From Owenia fusiformis (taxonomy: Eukaryota), in the NCBI GenBank assembly GCA_903813345.2, contig CAIIXF020000001.1, positions 2,418,001 through 2,482,000 of the forward strand: a stretch of DNA of 64,000 nt, written 5' to 3'. The position numbers and the translations under genes are program-made. Under the pieces are notes generated by a model. The model did no database searches. It was not told where the DNA came from and was given only the letters and a program-made list of their open reading frames with translations. Below, one piece after another: positions 53,201 through 64,000 of the stretch. How positions within the stretch are numbered: the first letter of the stretch is position 1; each line of letters starts with the position of its first letter.

Positions 53201-56200
53201 GAGAAGGAGCATCAACTTAATCAATCAGAAATTTGGGAAAATAAATGTGGGAATATTTGAGAGAACAGGAAAATCCGCCCACGGCCGAGAAAACAAAACT
53301 GGACATGAATATTCTAAAATATTTCCACAATTGAACAATGTGAACCAGATGACCAAGATTGGTATGGGATAAACATATTATCCTATAGTCGGTTCAGGAT
53401 ATTGGGATTATCCCTTGGCCAATATAATATATTTTCCCTCGGGACCTGCGGCCCTCGGGCAAATATATTATATTTGCCTCGGGATAATCCCAATATCCTG
53501 AACCTCATATAGGATAATCTCTATATATCCAAACAGCTCTCTCATCTGAATACCTCTTTTTTAATTGGCTGTATATTTCCATGTTAAAATAACGCGAACA
53601 CCTGTTAATTCAAACAGTTTTTGCCACAGTGGCCCAATGGTGGCCCAATGGTGCTAGACAGGTCTACTGCACTTATAGCACATTGAAGCTGTTGTCAAGC
53701 CAAACATTATTCCAAGCATATCCATCCTTTTTAAAGCAACATATTTTTTCTTCAGGATATTGGGATAATGGCAACCACATGGGACATGTATGACACCTAT
53801 AAACTTGCTGAGGAACTAGAAAAGGGTAGGTGAACATCTGATTGTTTTACAAAGGTAGAAAAGACAGATGAATGGACAAGTAGGCGATTCCATAAGCACA
53901 TAGATTATAATTTGTTCCTTTAATTTACACTGACACTACCTGCAATGCTAAAGGTCATTGGTAGGCGGTACTTTCTCTAATTTTCACTATCAGTATTTCT
54001 TGGAGTTAGCATTGACCTCTACCCAGATTTACGAATGTGGACAATTCAAGGATGCTTTTCTGGAGAAAAAAGTACAATGTACATGCATTATGAGCATATA
54101 GACGTTTTCCAATATTTGATTAATGTTCTTCAATGCAACGATTACAGCCAAAGAAAAGGAAGCAGAAGATGAGGAGAATGAAGAAGAGGGTGAACCAAAG
54201 GAAGAAAAAACAGATGAAGAGAAAAAAGATGACAGTGCTTCACAAAAAGAGGGTACTGGTATTACAAAACAAGGCACACAAATCAGTATCATGAAATCAG
54301 GCTTAGGTATGTATCATATATATACATATATTTTTGCACTTTCCAGTTTTTGGTGTCTATACAACAGTAATTTAATTTTCACAAATTCACACCAGCCACA
54401 CAAGTATTTCCAAAGCTACAAACATTTAGTGTGGTATGTCAGTTTACAAAGTGATTTCCAAATGTAAAAGAGTAGCGGTTGATAACAAGGCAGTGATTCA
54501 AATTAAGAGAGAATTTGAATTTAAATAAAGAATTGTGAGAATTATGTATTGATTATATATTTTCTGGTGTTTAATAATGGACTCAATCACAAACATAATA
54601 TATTTGCTTTTTCTTTGTAAATATTAAGTTTCAAACTTTTTTTATTATAATTGGATACGTTTTGCCAAATAATAACTCTGTTACTCCTCAATCTAATTAA
54701 TATCATGTTTGTATGTCTATAAGAATTATCTTGGTATATTTTCAATGAATCTTCAGTTTTCATTGAGTTTGAACATGGCCTTTGATATATTGCCATTCTT
54801 CAAGTCCTTGAATGCATCATCAAAGCCATCAAGGCTGTAGACCTTGACCCCTAGCTTTTCATAATCCAGGTAGCGTTCCCCCATAGCAGCTACTAATGGG
54901 ACTGCCTTAATGAAGGTATAGGGGTTGATCAGGGAACCTACGATTCTTAGCTCCTTCATCATGATATCAGCAGGGCAGATGTTAGCCTTAGACCCACTAG
55001 GGCAGCATCCAAAAGTACACAATGTAGCACCTCTACAAAGTAAGGGAAATATGGCCTCAATAGCTCGGGGAGACCCTGTACAATCCATGATTAAATCAAA
55101 CCCATGAACTGCTGTGTCTACGTCTTTGTACTGTGTTGCTAAGATGTCTGGTGTAAGCACTTTCAAATTGAGCCCAAGGTTCTTTGCAAGTTTTCTTCTC
55201 CCATCAGTCGGTTCAGAAAGAGTGATATTTCTGTAGCCTTTGTGGTGAAGCAGAGAGGCCCAGAGGAGTCCAATCATACCAGCGCCAGTTATGAGTATCT
55301 TGGCATCATCAAGTAATGGCTGAATCATGTCCCATCCACGTTGGAGGCAGGACATTGGCTCACATAGGGCACTGGTAGCAAGACTCAAATCTGCTGGGAG
55401 GGAAAACACCTGGGCTACAGGGACCACACAATACTCTGCCCACCCTCCATTCTGGAACATTCCAATTGCTGACCTACCACCCCCTGTTGGGCAGTAATTA
55501 GGCTGGCCTTTGAGACAGAATGCACATTTCATACAGGAGCTGTTTGGATCAACTGCAACATTATCTCCAATTTTGAATCCAGTCACCTCTCCTCCAATAT
55601 TCTCTACAGTTCCAGTAAACTCATGCCCCATGACAACTTTTTCAGCTGCTGGAAACTCTTGTTTCATAACATGGAGATCAGTCCCACATACGCCACTGTA
55701 AGCCACCTTGATGAGCAGTTGGTCTGGCTTGGTAATCTGGGGTTTCTCCAGTGAGACCAGTTTCACTGACCCTCTGCTAGCATCCCAGTGGAGAGCCTGC
55801 ATTTCTGAAATGCAGAAATAAACAAATAGGTGAAAATCGCTTATTTTGTGAAAATCTTCTTTTTATTGGAAAACTTGAGAGAACAGATCTTAGAATCCAA
55901 GAATGGGGAGACTATATTCCCATCCTTCGTCAAATATTGTTGTTTAAAAAAAAACAAGTATGATTGAATAACAGGATTTTAAACAGAATTTTTTGTCAGT
56001 ATAAATGAGTTCATTGCTTTTTACCTAATATCATGAGTTATATTGGTTGCAAATCTGCTTTTACTCCACAGTTACTGACATTCATAGGTAAGGATATCAT
56101 GTCAAAATAATTTTTCTGTAACCAGTGTAAAGATAGATATACCATTTGGCAAATTTTCACTTAACCATGAGATACAGCATCATATCCATTACAGATTCTT

Positions 56201-59200
56201 ACTACTTGACTCGAAATGAGGCTGATAGGAATCAGTCAGTTTGGAAAATTTAATTTGAATCATTTAAACACTCTTTAACTACTGTATTGAATAGAAAGAA
56301 CATCTTATGATTTACTCATGGTATGATTTTTATCCACTTCTTGATATTAATTTTCTTAACATACTCATTCAGCATTCTTGTAAAGATATCATATCCATTT
56401 GCCATAAGAATCATATCTCTAACAAAACAGACAAAAATCATATCACTGATAAATCAAAGGATTTCCTCTTGATATAAATCATAGGATCCTAGGATATCAT
56501 CTAGATCTTCATATTCAATGTATTTTGTGTATACTAACTTGAAAATTGAGGTTGTCCTGTAGAGTTTGAATTGATAGACTAGTCCCATGCAGTACAGGAG
56601 AGAAAGGGGAGTGTTATCACCAAATTGTTATTATTATGTATGTATGTAACAAATTAGATCACTGGACTCCTTGAACTGATAGTACTCCAATGAATGGTTT
56701 ATCATTAACTTGATAGTTCAAGGCTAAATCCCTATTCATCAAATTCATTATGGTAATGCTACCGTAAGGTGAATTGCATTAATTTTTCGCCAGAGGTAGG
56801 AACAACTGAAGCCTTGTGAATTAAGATGTTTTTCACATCATCCTGAAAAGTTGCCATTGCAAATACACACTTATCAGCAATGCTCATTGTGCCTATATAA
56901 ACATGAAATAACTGGAAACATTAATTATGTGATTCCATATATTTATTCAGTCAACTTACCTCAATTCAAGACTGGACTCTTTGGATTTCTTAATTCCCAC
57001 ATTATGAAAAATATAATGAAGAGAGATGACAATGATGAATCTTACTTGTATTGTAATTTTCAATATTTGAAGACTTATGTGTTGATATGAGCTTTGGTTT
57101 CAGTTTCAGTTTCAATAATCATAATGTACAGAATATGTGAAGGGGTCAAGGGCAGAGTACCAAAATGACACTTATTCCTGACAAAAGATGAAAAGAAACA
57201 TGTTTTCCATAAATCCTGCATGGACTCTATGTTTATGTTGATTAAAACAAAAGTTATTTGAAAATCTTTGTAATTCAAATATTTTGTTTATTTAAAACTT
57301 ATGAAAACATATGGGACAATAGTATAAAACAGATAAGATATGCTGACCACTTCTAACTTGAATTGCATTTCAGTTTTCTTTATGCAATGCAAATACAAAT
57401 AATAAGTAAATAAATAAGATATGTTTTTTTTCACAATTTATTCACAGTAAAACCTGTATAAGTGGAACACATTTGGTACTTCTAAAAAAGTGATTGATTT
57501 GGCAGGTTACCCAGGTTACTTTAACATTGAGTCAATAACACAAATGCGAGTACTTATTATTGTATTTCTTTTCAATGATGTTCATATGTGTATTACAGAG
57601 AGTCAAGGAACTATGATGTCTACTGCTAGTAGTATATTTGGTAGCAAAGAATCTGGAGTCAGTGCAGTTTCTGATGTACAATCAACTGGAAAAGATGATA
57701 TTCTAAAGGTAAACAAACATTGACCAACATGTTGCACCATATTTTTGACCATGTTTCCTCGAAGAACCTCATTTATGAAAATCAGTCCGGGTTCTTACCA
57801 GGCCATAATACACAGAAGCAACTATTTTCTATTGTTTATATGTTAGCCGATAATTTTGACTCTAACCTAGCAACCCGTGGAATATTTTTAGACGTGGAAG
57901 GTGCATTTGACGCAGTCCCACATTTTTTGTTACTCCATAAGATGAAATCTTATGGATTAGGCAACAATATTATAGAGTTATTGACCTCATATCTAACAGA
58001 TAGGAAATTAAAAGTAAGGATCAATGATACTTATTCAGACATTTCATGTAATGCTGAAACTGGTGCAAATATTCCTCAAAATCTTCAAAATCGAGACTCT
58101 AGATCCTATGAAATAAATAGTGGGGTTCCCCAAGGATCAATTCTTGGCCCCCTATTATTTTTGTTATATATTAATGACTTAGCAGACTCAGTTCATAATT
58201 GTAAACTTTTCTTATATGCTGATGATAGTTTGATCTTCTTGACAGTACCAAAGAATGAATCAGTTGAAACAACAAATCAAAAAATTCAATCAGATATCAA
58301 TGAAATGGCTAATTGGTCCACTAAATGGAAACTCAAATTTAAGGCATCTAAGAGTAAGGAGGTTATCTTTCAATCTAAACACACACGAAAAGTTAAGAAA
58401 CAAATTCCAGTAACAATGAATAATGAGCAAATACCTCTTGTAAATAGCCATAAACATTTAGGCATCATTTTAGACAAACACCTTAGCTTTGAAGAACACA
58501 TTAACTCAGTGATTACTAGGTGTAATAAAATGTTAAATCCATTAAAAGCACTCAAATTTTCAGTAAGATCAAAACACTTACAGACAATTTACATGGCATT
58601 CATTCTCCCACATCTCGAATATGGCAATATTATTTTTGACAGCGCAAATCTAAACCTCTTAGCAAGTTTAGATAGAGTCCAATATAGAGCGGGTCTTATT
58701 GTAAGTGGTTGCATCCAAGGGTCAAACTCTGAGAAGGTGATGGCATGTCTTGGATGGAGATCCTTATCCAATCGAAGAAAAGAAAAAAAACTAGTTTTTA
58801 TGTTTGACTTTGTAAATAATTATAAGATGCCTTCATATGTTTCAAATGTTTTTGAACAGTATAAGAATCAGGTAACCCACCAAAGACTTCGTCGTAGCAA
58901 TGATTTTAAGATCCCATTCAAAGCATCTGCTAAACTTAGAAAGTTTACAGCTTTATCCAGTATTAAATTATGGGATAATTTACCTGATGAACTGAAACAA
59001 GCACACTCACGCAACTCATTTAAGTATAAAATTAGAACATTTTTGAATGGGAAAAAGAAAGAATTCACAACCCCAAGATTAAACCTATCCAGAGATAAAG
59101 AAATTGTCTTAAATAAAACGAGATGTGATCTCATTTTTAGGCAGCATCTTTTTACACATAACTTCAAAAATATTCCAAATGCCAAATGTAAATGTGGTCA

Positions 59201-62200
59201 CTCTACTGAATCAACCAAACACCTATTGCTCCATTGCCCTCTTTTTAACACTCAAAGACTCAATTTTCACAGAGAACTAGGGGGACTGCCATCCTTTAAT
59301 TTAAACTCTTTTAATAATAGAAAACAGGAGGACAGGGTAGACTTTTTACTTTTTGCAGATCCTTCTCTTGACACAATTACAAATAAAAAGGCTATTGAAT
59401 TAACAGCCGAGTTTTTACACTCTATTGTCAAGGAAGTTAAATAGTCCAATATTCATTAATTTATACATATATCTCTGACCTGTCTTCATGTTTTCAAGAT
59501 TATTTTCATGTTCATAAATATGTTCTATATCTATCATTTTTACATTATGACCTATTTTAACTTATATTGTAACTACTTCAACAGGGCCAATAATGCTTCG
59601 GCGTAGGCCCTGTATCTGTTTGTATGATGTATTATGAAATAAAGGAAATATAAAAATTTAAAAAAACATGTTGCACCCAGGCTGGTTGAAGTTTCCAATT
59701 TTCAGACATGCTTGCATTTTTTACCTTATTTCTAAGAACTGGGCCAAAACTTGACCATCTTGACTAAATAGTTTATTGAAATTTGTCTTTTTTGACCAAA
59801 AATCTCATTTTCAAGAAATTGTTGAATTCCTTTTGAGAACCTATCCTGGGTCTGTGTACTATCCACCAATTATGCTATACTCCTGCTCATGCACATTTAA
59901 AGTGTTTAACCCAGTTAAGGCACATAACTGATACCATTAAGAAATGTGATGATCCATTGTCTCTTTCTGAATTATGCATTTTTAATATTTTATCAGATTT
60001 ACATTAAATAGACCTTTAAATTAAAAATGAACCTTTAAGTTGTTCCATGGATTTCATTTGTAAATTGTAATACTGTTATTTTACTATACATGTACTTGTA
60101 TATATTTTACTTTTAGTCTGATAGTTTGCGTAAAGATCTGTTCGTCATGGAGCGTGTGGTGAATAATAACACATACCAACCTAAACAAGCCTGCTACAGG
60201 GGCTTTGACATAATACCAGGTATACTGTTTTAATATTCTTCAGCAGAAGGGGCAATTTCATATTAATCTGATCGAGCAAGTTAACTTTACAAAAATATTT
60301 CATTTTGAAACAGTGAAGAATACACTGGTTTGCCAATTGTACATGTCACCCCTAATATCACTGATTCTGCCTTTAAAGTTCATAAACATCATAATAACTT
60401 TCCTGCAAAATGAATTCGTCTTTCAATGTTTTTAACTTTAAAAAGTAGGCTTTTAACCTTCTCCTAAAATAGAATTAACGGTCAAACATAATCAAGACTT
60501 GTAATACTAATACTATTAGTGTCTGAACTCTGAATGGAGTTCTTGAATACATAATAGCATATGTATAATACAATTAGTATTCACATGTACAAAAACATGA
60601 ATTGATTGCAGACATTGACAAAGTGACAAAGGAAGACACAATGCTTGGGGCACTGGAGGAGATGGGGCCCAACTTAGACAGACTTTGGTCATTCTCATGT
60701 CCACTTACAAAGGGAAGGAATGTTAGCTGCATGTCTTGGAACAGAGCAAATCCTGTAAGTTAATGTTCAGTTGTTTATCATGGAATACACAGTCAATGTG
60801 CAACAAATATGGCACCATTTGAGCTACAGTATCATACAGTACAATGATATCGGAGTGGTGATTGAGGGTGAAAGGGAATAACAGGATAATTTTATTCAGC
60901 AAAAGATATGAACATTTAAATCATATTTGCAACATTATAAAGTAAGAAAAAAGAAAATATTCAAGGATATAATAACAACAAATGCCAAAGAGCTGTAACT
61001 TTTGCTATGTTTGCTGTAACAGCAATAATAGATACTACATAATAGATACTATTGATGTTTACTTTTCAGGACTTAGTTGCAATAGGGTACAGTCAGTTTG
61101 AGTTTACCAATCAGAAAGGAGGCTTAATATGCTGCTGGTCTTTGAAAAATCCAGAGGTAAGTTGAAATGAAGTTTGATGTTCATTGTTGTTCAAATAAAG
61201 AATGATTGAATTGTACCACATAAACCTTTTTAATGAACAGAAGTACTGAAAGGATAAGGGTGGTTTTACTGAACATTTTATTTATCTCCAACATCAGTGA
61301 GTGGATTAATTTCTAAACTGTACATTTCAGTATCCAGAGCGTATCTACACTTGTAGTTCTGGGGTGACTGCCATGGACTTCTCCACTGCACATGCAAATC
61401 TGCTGGCTGTAAGTACCATTTTTTTTATGTACATTATCCCTCATCAAATTTTATATCATTTGCAATGTGATTTCCACGGAAAGTGGTGCAAGTTTCATGA
61501 ACAACAGAGAAAAATCTAGATTGTGTCAGATCAGCAGAGATATTTTTTAAAGATTATAACTTTGAAAAAAGTAACTAATGTTCCAATACATTTTTGATGT
61601 GGGTCAACCTGAAATATAATTGAAGGGGATAACAGTGGGTTTCTGGCCTGATCCCTTTACCAACTAAATGTATAGTATAAATGACATATTAGGAAATCTC
61701 AAGACATGGGAAGTAGCCTGTTTTACTTACTCTGAATATCCAACAAGTGTATATTACATCATTTTGTAGGTTGGATTGTATGATGGCACAGTAGCAGTGT
61801 ATAATGTTCGCAATACAATCAATGCCCCCATCCTTGATAGCCTGTAAGTATGAACTGTAATTTTGTAAAGAAGGCTTTTAAATATTCAGGATTATCAGGG
61901 GTATCCAGTCAGGATTCATTGTTGATGAATACTTGTAAATATTTCTGTAGGAGGGAATTGTCATTAAAATTCGGCTTAAAATCAACCATTGTATTTCTGC
62001 TCTACCTTCCAACAACATTAGAAAAAATATTTGATAAAGGATGACATGAGATAAAAAGTTGAGACTAATAAATTGTAAAATGTTTCTCCCTATCACTTTC
62101 ATGAATGCAAATACAATTTTATAATAAGAAATATCTCGATTCAAAATTAAAACGAATGAGCTTATAGGTTGCTTAGGTTATACTGTATAACATACTGATG

Positions 62201-63837
62201 CTTTTTAGAGATTTGAAGATCGACCCACAGAGGTATGCTATCGCACGTAACAGAGAATCTCATCTAGTGAATTGTCTATGTTTTTTATAATGTAATAATG
62301 TATGTGTCTGTCAATGTATCATACTTCTTCTAACAGCCTCACTGAGGAATTCTTTCATGCACGTAATGTTAATAAAGCACATATATTGTAATGATATTCT
62401 GTTTTATAATAGTCTTGCATCAGACCCCTTATTTACCTCATTTTCTCAAGACTTGGGTAAATCCATGTACCGTAGATTAGATAGTAAGGACATGGTTGAA
62501 ACTTGTATGTAAGACTATGTTAATTAATATTTGTCTTCTATTTTAATAGTATTTGTCCAATACTCTATTCTTTTAAGAAACAATCTTAATTTAAAATATT
62601 ATCCAATAATTTTAGAAACCCGCAGAAAATGCCAAGTGTTCTAAAATGTGTGTTCAAAGAACAGAAATGGGATAAACAATAAACAGATCATTCTATACTC
62701 ATTTCATGATGTTAGGCCTATCCCTGGGCCAACATAATATATCTGCCCTTTGGGCTTCAGGCCCTCAGGCAGATACATAATACTGGCCTAGGGATAATCC
62801 CAGTATTCTGATTCTGAACCTCATATAGTATAATCTCTATAGATTTACCATCACTTTAATATTGATGTATTTTGCATCAAGAACTAGCTTTATATGAGTT
62901 TTTAAAAATGATGTCTGAACATTGCACAATGTTAATTGCATTACCATTACCTTAAAGATTTTAATTTAAGAGGAAAAAAGGCTCCAAAACTTAAATTTCA
63001 TTAGAAATTTCTCTTTCATTGGAAATAAATCACATCAACCAATGTATAATATGCAACTCGTGATTCAATACTTCAGTCAAATAGCCTTCATTTTTTATTA
63101 TGATGTGTATATTTCAAGGAATTTTGTGTATTGTTTGTGGAATAATGGACTGTCTGTGTGAAATGCTAATATTCTTTTAGACATAATCTATTTTTTGGTA
63201 TTGTTTTGAACATGAAAGTATATGTTAAAATGTTGATGTTGTTGGGCATGTATCTTATCCTTGTACCATTAGAAATTGTTACTTTATTTGTAATTTTTTC
63301 GAAAAGAAAACTTAAATCAGTATCACCAATTTAATATGTTTTATGATCAGATATGCCTTAGACGAATTCTCAATGAAAATTCATGTCACAGGAACAGAGT
63401 GGATGATGACTGGTGAATTGTGGAGACATAGTGTTTTTTGGCTTACAGAATAGGTTAGATATGTCCAGGTTAAAGAATTATGGTTTGACACAATCCCCCA
63501 AGAAATCTTGCTTCAATACTGTCGACCCCCCTTATCTTCTTCACCAACATAGAAGACCTTGTGAGAAGGTGTGTAGTGGTGAGGGGAGGGGTGGGTCACA
63601 AGGGCCTGTAGTTAGACTATCCTCCTAGGACAGTTGGATCTAGAAGCTATAAATATTAATCGCTCTATTGTTTATATTTTAGTGAATCATCCGGCAAGCA
63701 TACTGGTCCTGTGTGGCAATTGAGTTGGATTGAGAAGGAGAGAGGGTCAGGAGATGAGAGAATGGAGGTGTTGGTTTCAATATCAACAGATGGAAGAGTT
63801 ACACAATGGTATATAAGGAAAGGTTTTGAATGTGCAG
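47300..63837 (+). CDS. DNAI4: Dynein axonemal intermediate chain 4 (WDR78), 5' part. Exons 47300-47331, 48668-48860, 50772-50882, 51623-51705, 51929-52020, 52319-52500, 52647-52754, 53756-53825, 54148-54306, 57599-57708, 60117-60219, 60612-60754, 61070-61156, 61331-61408, 61770-61843, 63683-63837; continues beyond the window
   Basis: In-phase GT-AG chain giving VIDETGADVTPLPL, DIKLTETDTIWMLDMP, GNDRYVERGVTTFN, ATTWDMYDTY, LFVMERVVNNNTYQPKQACYR, LDRLWSFSCPLTKGRNVSCMSWNRANPDLVAIGY, CCWSLKNPEYPERI, KHTGPVWQLSWI, LVSISTDGRVTQWYIRKGF, typical of WDR78. Exon 1 is the least certain. Confidence 0.93.
47577..47868 (+). mobile_element. Single arm of the foldback family seen at 17.7-21.7 kb
   Basis: ttgcaagact...gcctggcacaaccgtcacc...cgcaaggatcctgccatgaccgtgg followed by tandem subrepeats. 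Confidence 0.8.
47912..48488. mobile_element. Element with inverted arms of about 215 bp in DNAI4 intron 1
   Basis: 47912-48125 is the near-perfect reverse complement of 48269-48488; both ends are TA-rich. Confidence 0.85.
48978..50704. mobile_element. hAT-like non-autonomous element with a 5-bp TSD (TGAAT) and subterminal tandem arrays of about 30-bp units
   Basis: tgaat|cagacttgccaacct ... aggttggcaagtctg|tgaat; arrays of aaatctaccgtaaaaactcccgttttttca. Confidence 0.85.
53375..53520. repeat. Hairpin element (related copy at 62714-62838)
   Basis: attatcctat..ggttcaggatattgggattatccc...ccctcgggacctgcggccctcggg...gggataatcccaatatcctgaacc..ataggataat. Confidence 0.75.
54753..55802 (-). CDS. 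Zn-dependent medium-chain dehydrogenase (polyol/sugar-alcohol or threonine-dehydrogenase-like), nested antisense in a DNAI4 intron
   Basis: Intact 349-aa ORF with GVCGTDLH, MGHEFTG, structural Zn site CMKCAFC...YC, CEP and the Rossmann motif GAGMIG. A minus-strand acceptor tttcag sits immediately before AA-ATG at 55804. Confidence 0.93.
   Translation of the reverse strand: MQALHWDASRGSVKLVSLEKPQITKPDQLLIKVAYSGVCGTDLHVMKQEFPAAEKVVMGHEFTGTVENIGGEVTGFKIGDNVAVDPNSSCMKCAFCLKGQPNYCPTGGGRSAIGMFQNGGWAEYCVVPVAQVFSLPADLSLATSALCEPMSCLQRGWDMIQPLLDDAKILITGAGMIGLLWASLLHHKGYRNITLSEPTDGRRKLAKNLGLNLKVLTPDILATQYKDVDTAVHGFDLIMDCTGSPRAIEAIFPLLCRGATLCTFGCCPSGSKANICPADIMMKELRIVGSLINPYTFIKAVPLVAAMGERYLDYEKLGVKVYSLDGFDDAFKDLKNGNISKAMFKLNEN
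57739..59664 (+). mobile_element. 5'-truncated non-LTR retrotransposon (CR1/L2-group LINE); RT ORF open to 59444
   Basis: RT motifs NQSGF, FLDVEGAFDAV, GVPQGSILGPLLFLLYIND, YADD and HKHLG; C-terminal CKCG..ESTKHLLLHC; 3' stem-loop acagggcc..ggccctgt at 59581-59613; A-rich tail; 13-bp TSD aacatgttgcacc at 57726-57738 and 59665-59677. Confidence 0.95.
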
Positions 63838-64000
63838 GTAAGGATTGAGTATAAAGCTGAACAATATTTTAAAGAGTACTTATATCCTTTTATGTCGCAA
63901 TTTCGAAATTTTGCAGAGAAAATATAATCATTGAATTTGTTTACAATGATTGAACCACTGTGAACCACCATGTGATAACTTATATCTCCACTTGAACACA

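Noticed and set aside
53626-53653. CACAGTG heptamer as an RSS or Transib TIR
   Set aside because: No nonamer or partner end, and it is far from the transposase fossil. I could not identify the termini of that element.
57720-57738. TTG start codon of a complete 574-aa RT gene
   Set aside because: The apparent start lies in host intron and TSD sequence; the element is 5'-truncated and lacks the endonuclease.

Overview
AT-rich, intron-containing DNA from an invertebrate animal (not prokaryotic). Host genes that I could splice by hand: the 3' end of NPC1 (+), which has two duplicated alternative terminal exons carrying different lysosomal sorting signals; an 11-finger C2H2 zinc-finger gene (+); a complete MIER-family ELM2-SANT gene (-) lying head-to-head with DNAI4/WDR78 (+, runs off the window); and a zinc-dependent MDR dehydrogenase with an intronless CDS, nested antisense in a DNAI4 intron. 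The most unusual content is not visible in the ORF track: at about 11-20.7 kb (-) there is a decayed, multi-exon DDE transposase of the Transib/RAG1/Chapaev type with a SAP domain inserted into it. It faces remnants of a convergent spliced ORF (about 8.0-10.9 kb, +) that includes a chromodomain-like segment, so this may be a two-gene element with a ProtoRAG-like layout. The window also holds an Academ-type transposon with about 1-kb TIRs, a young 5'-truncated LINE with a TSD, DINE-1/HINE-like elements, 5-bp-TSD hAT-like elements, piggyBac/Tc1/Harbinger-like MITEs, foldback elements, hairpins and minisatellites. All family assignments come from recalled motifs; no database search was run.
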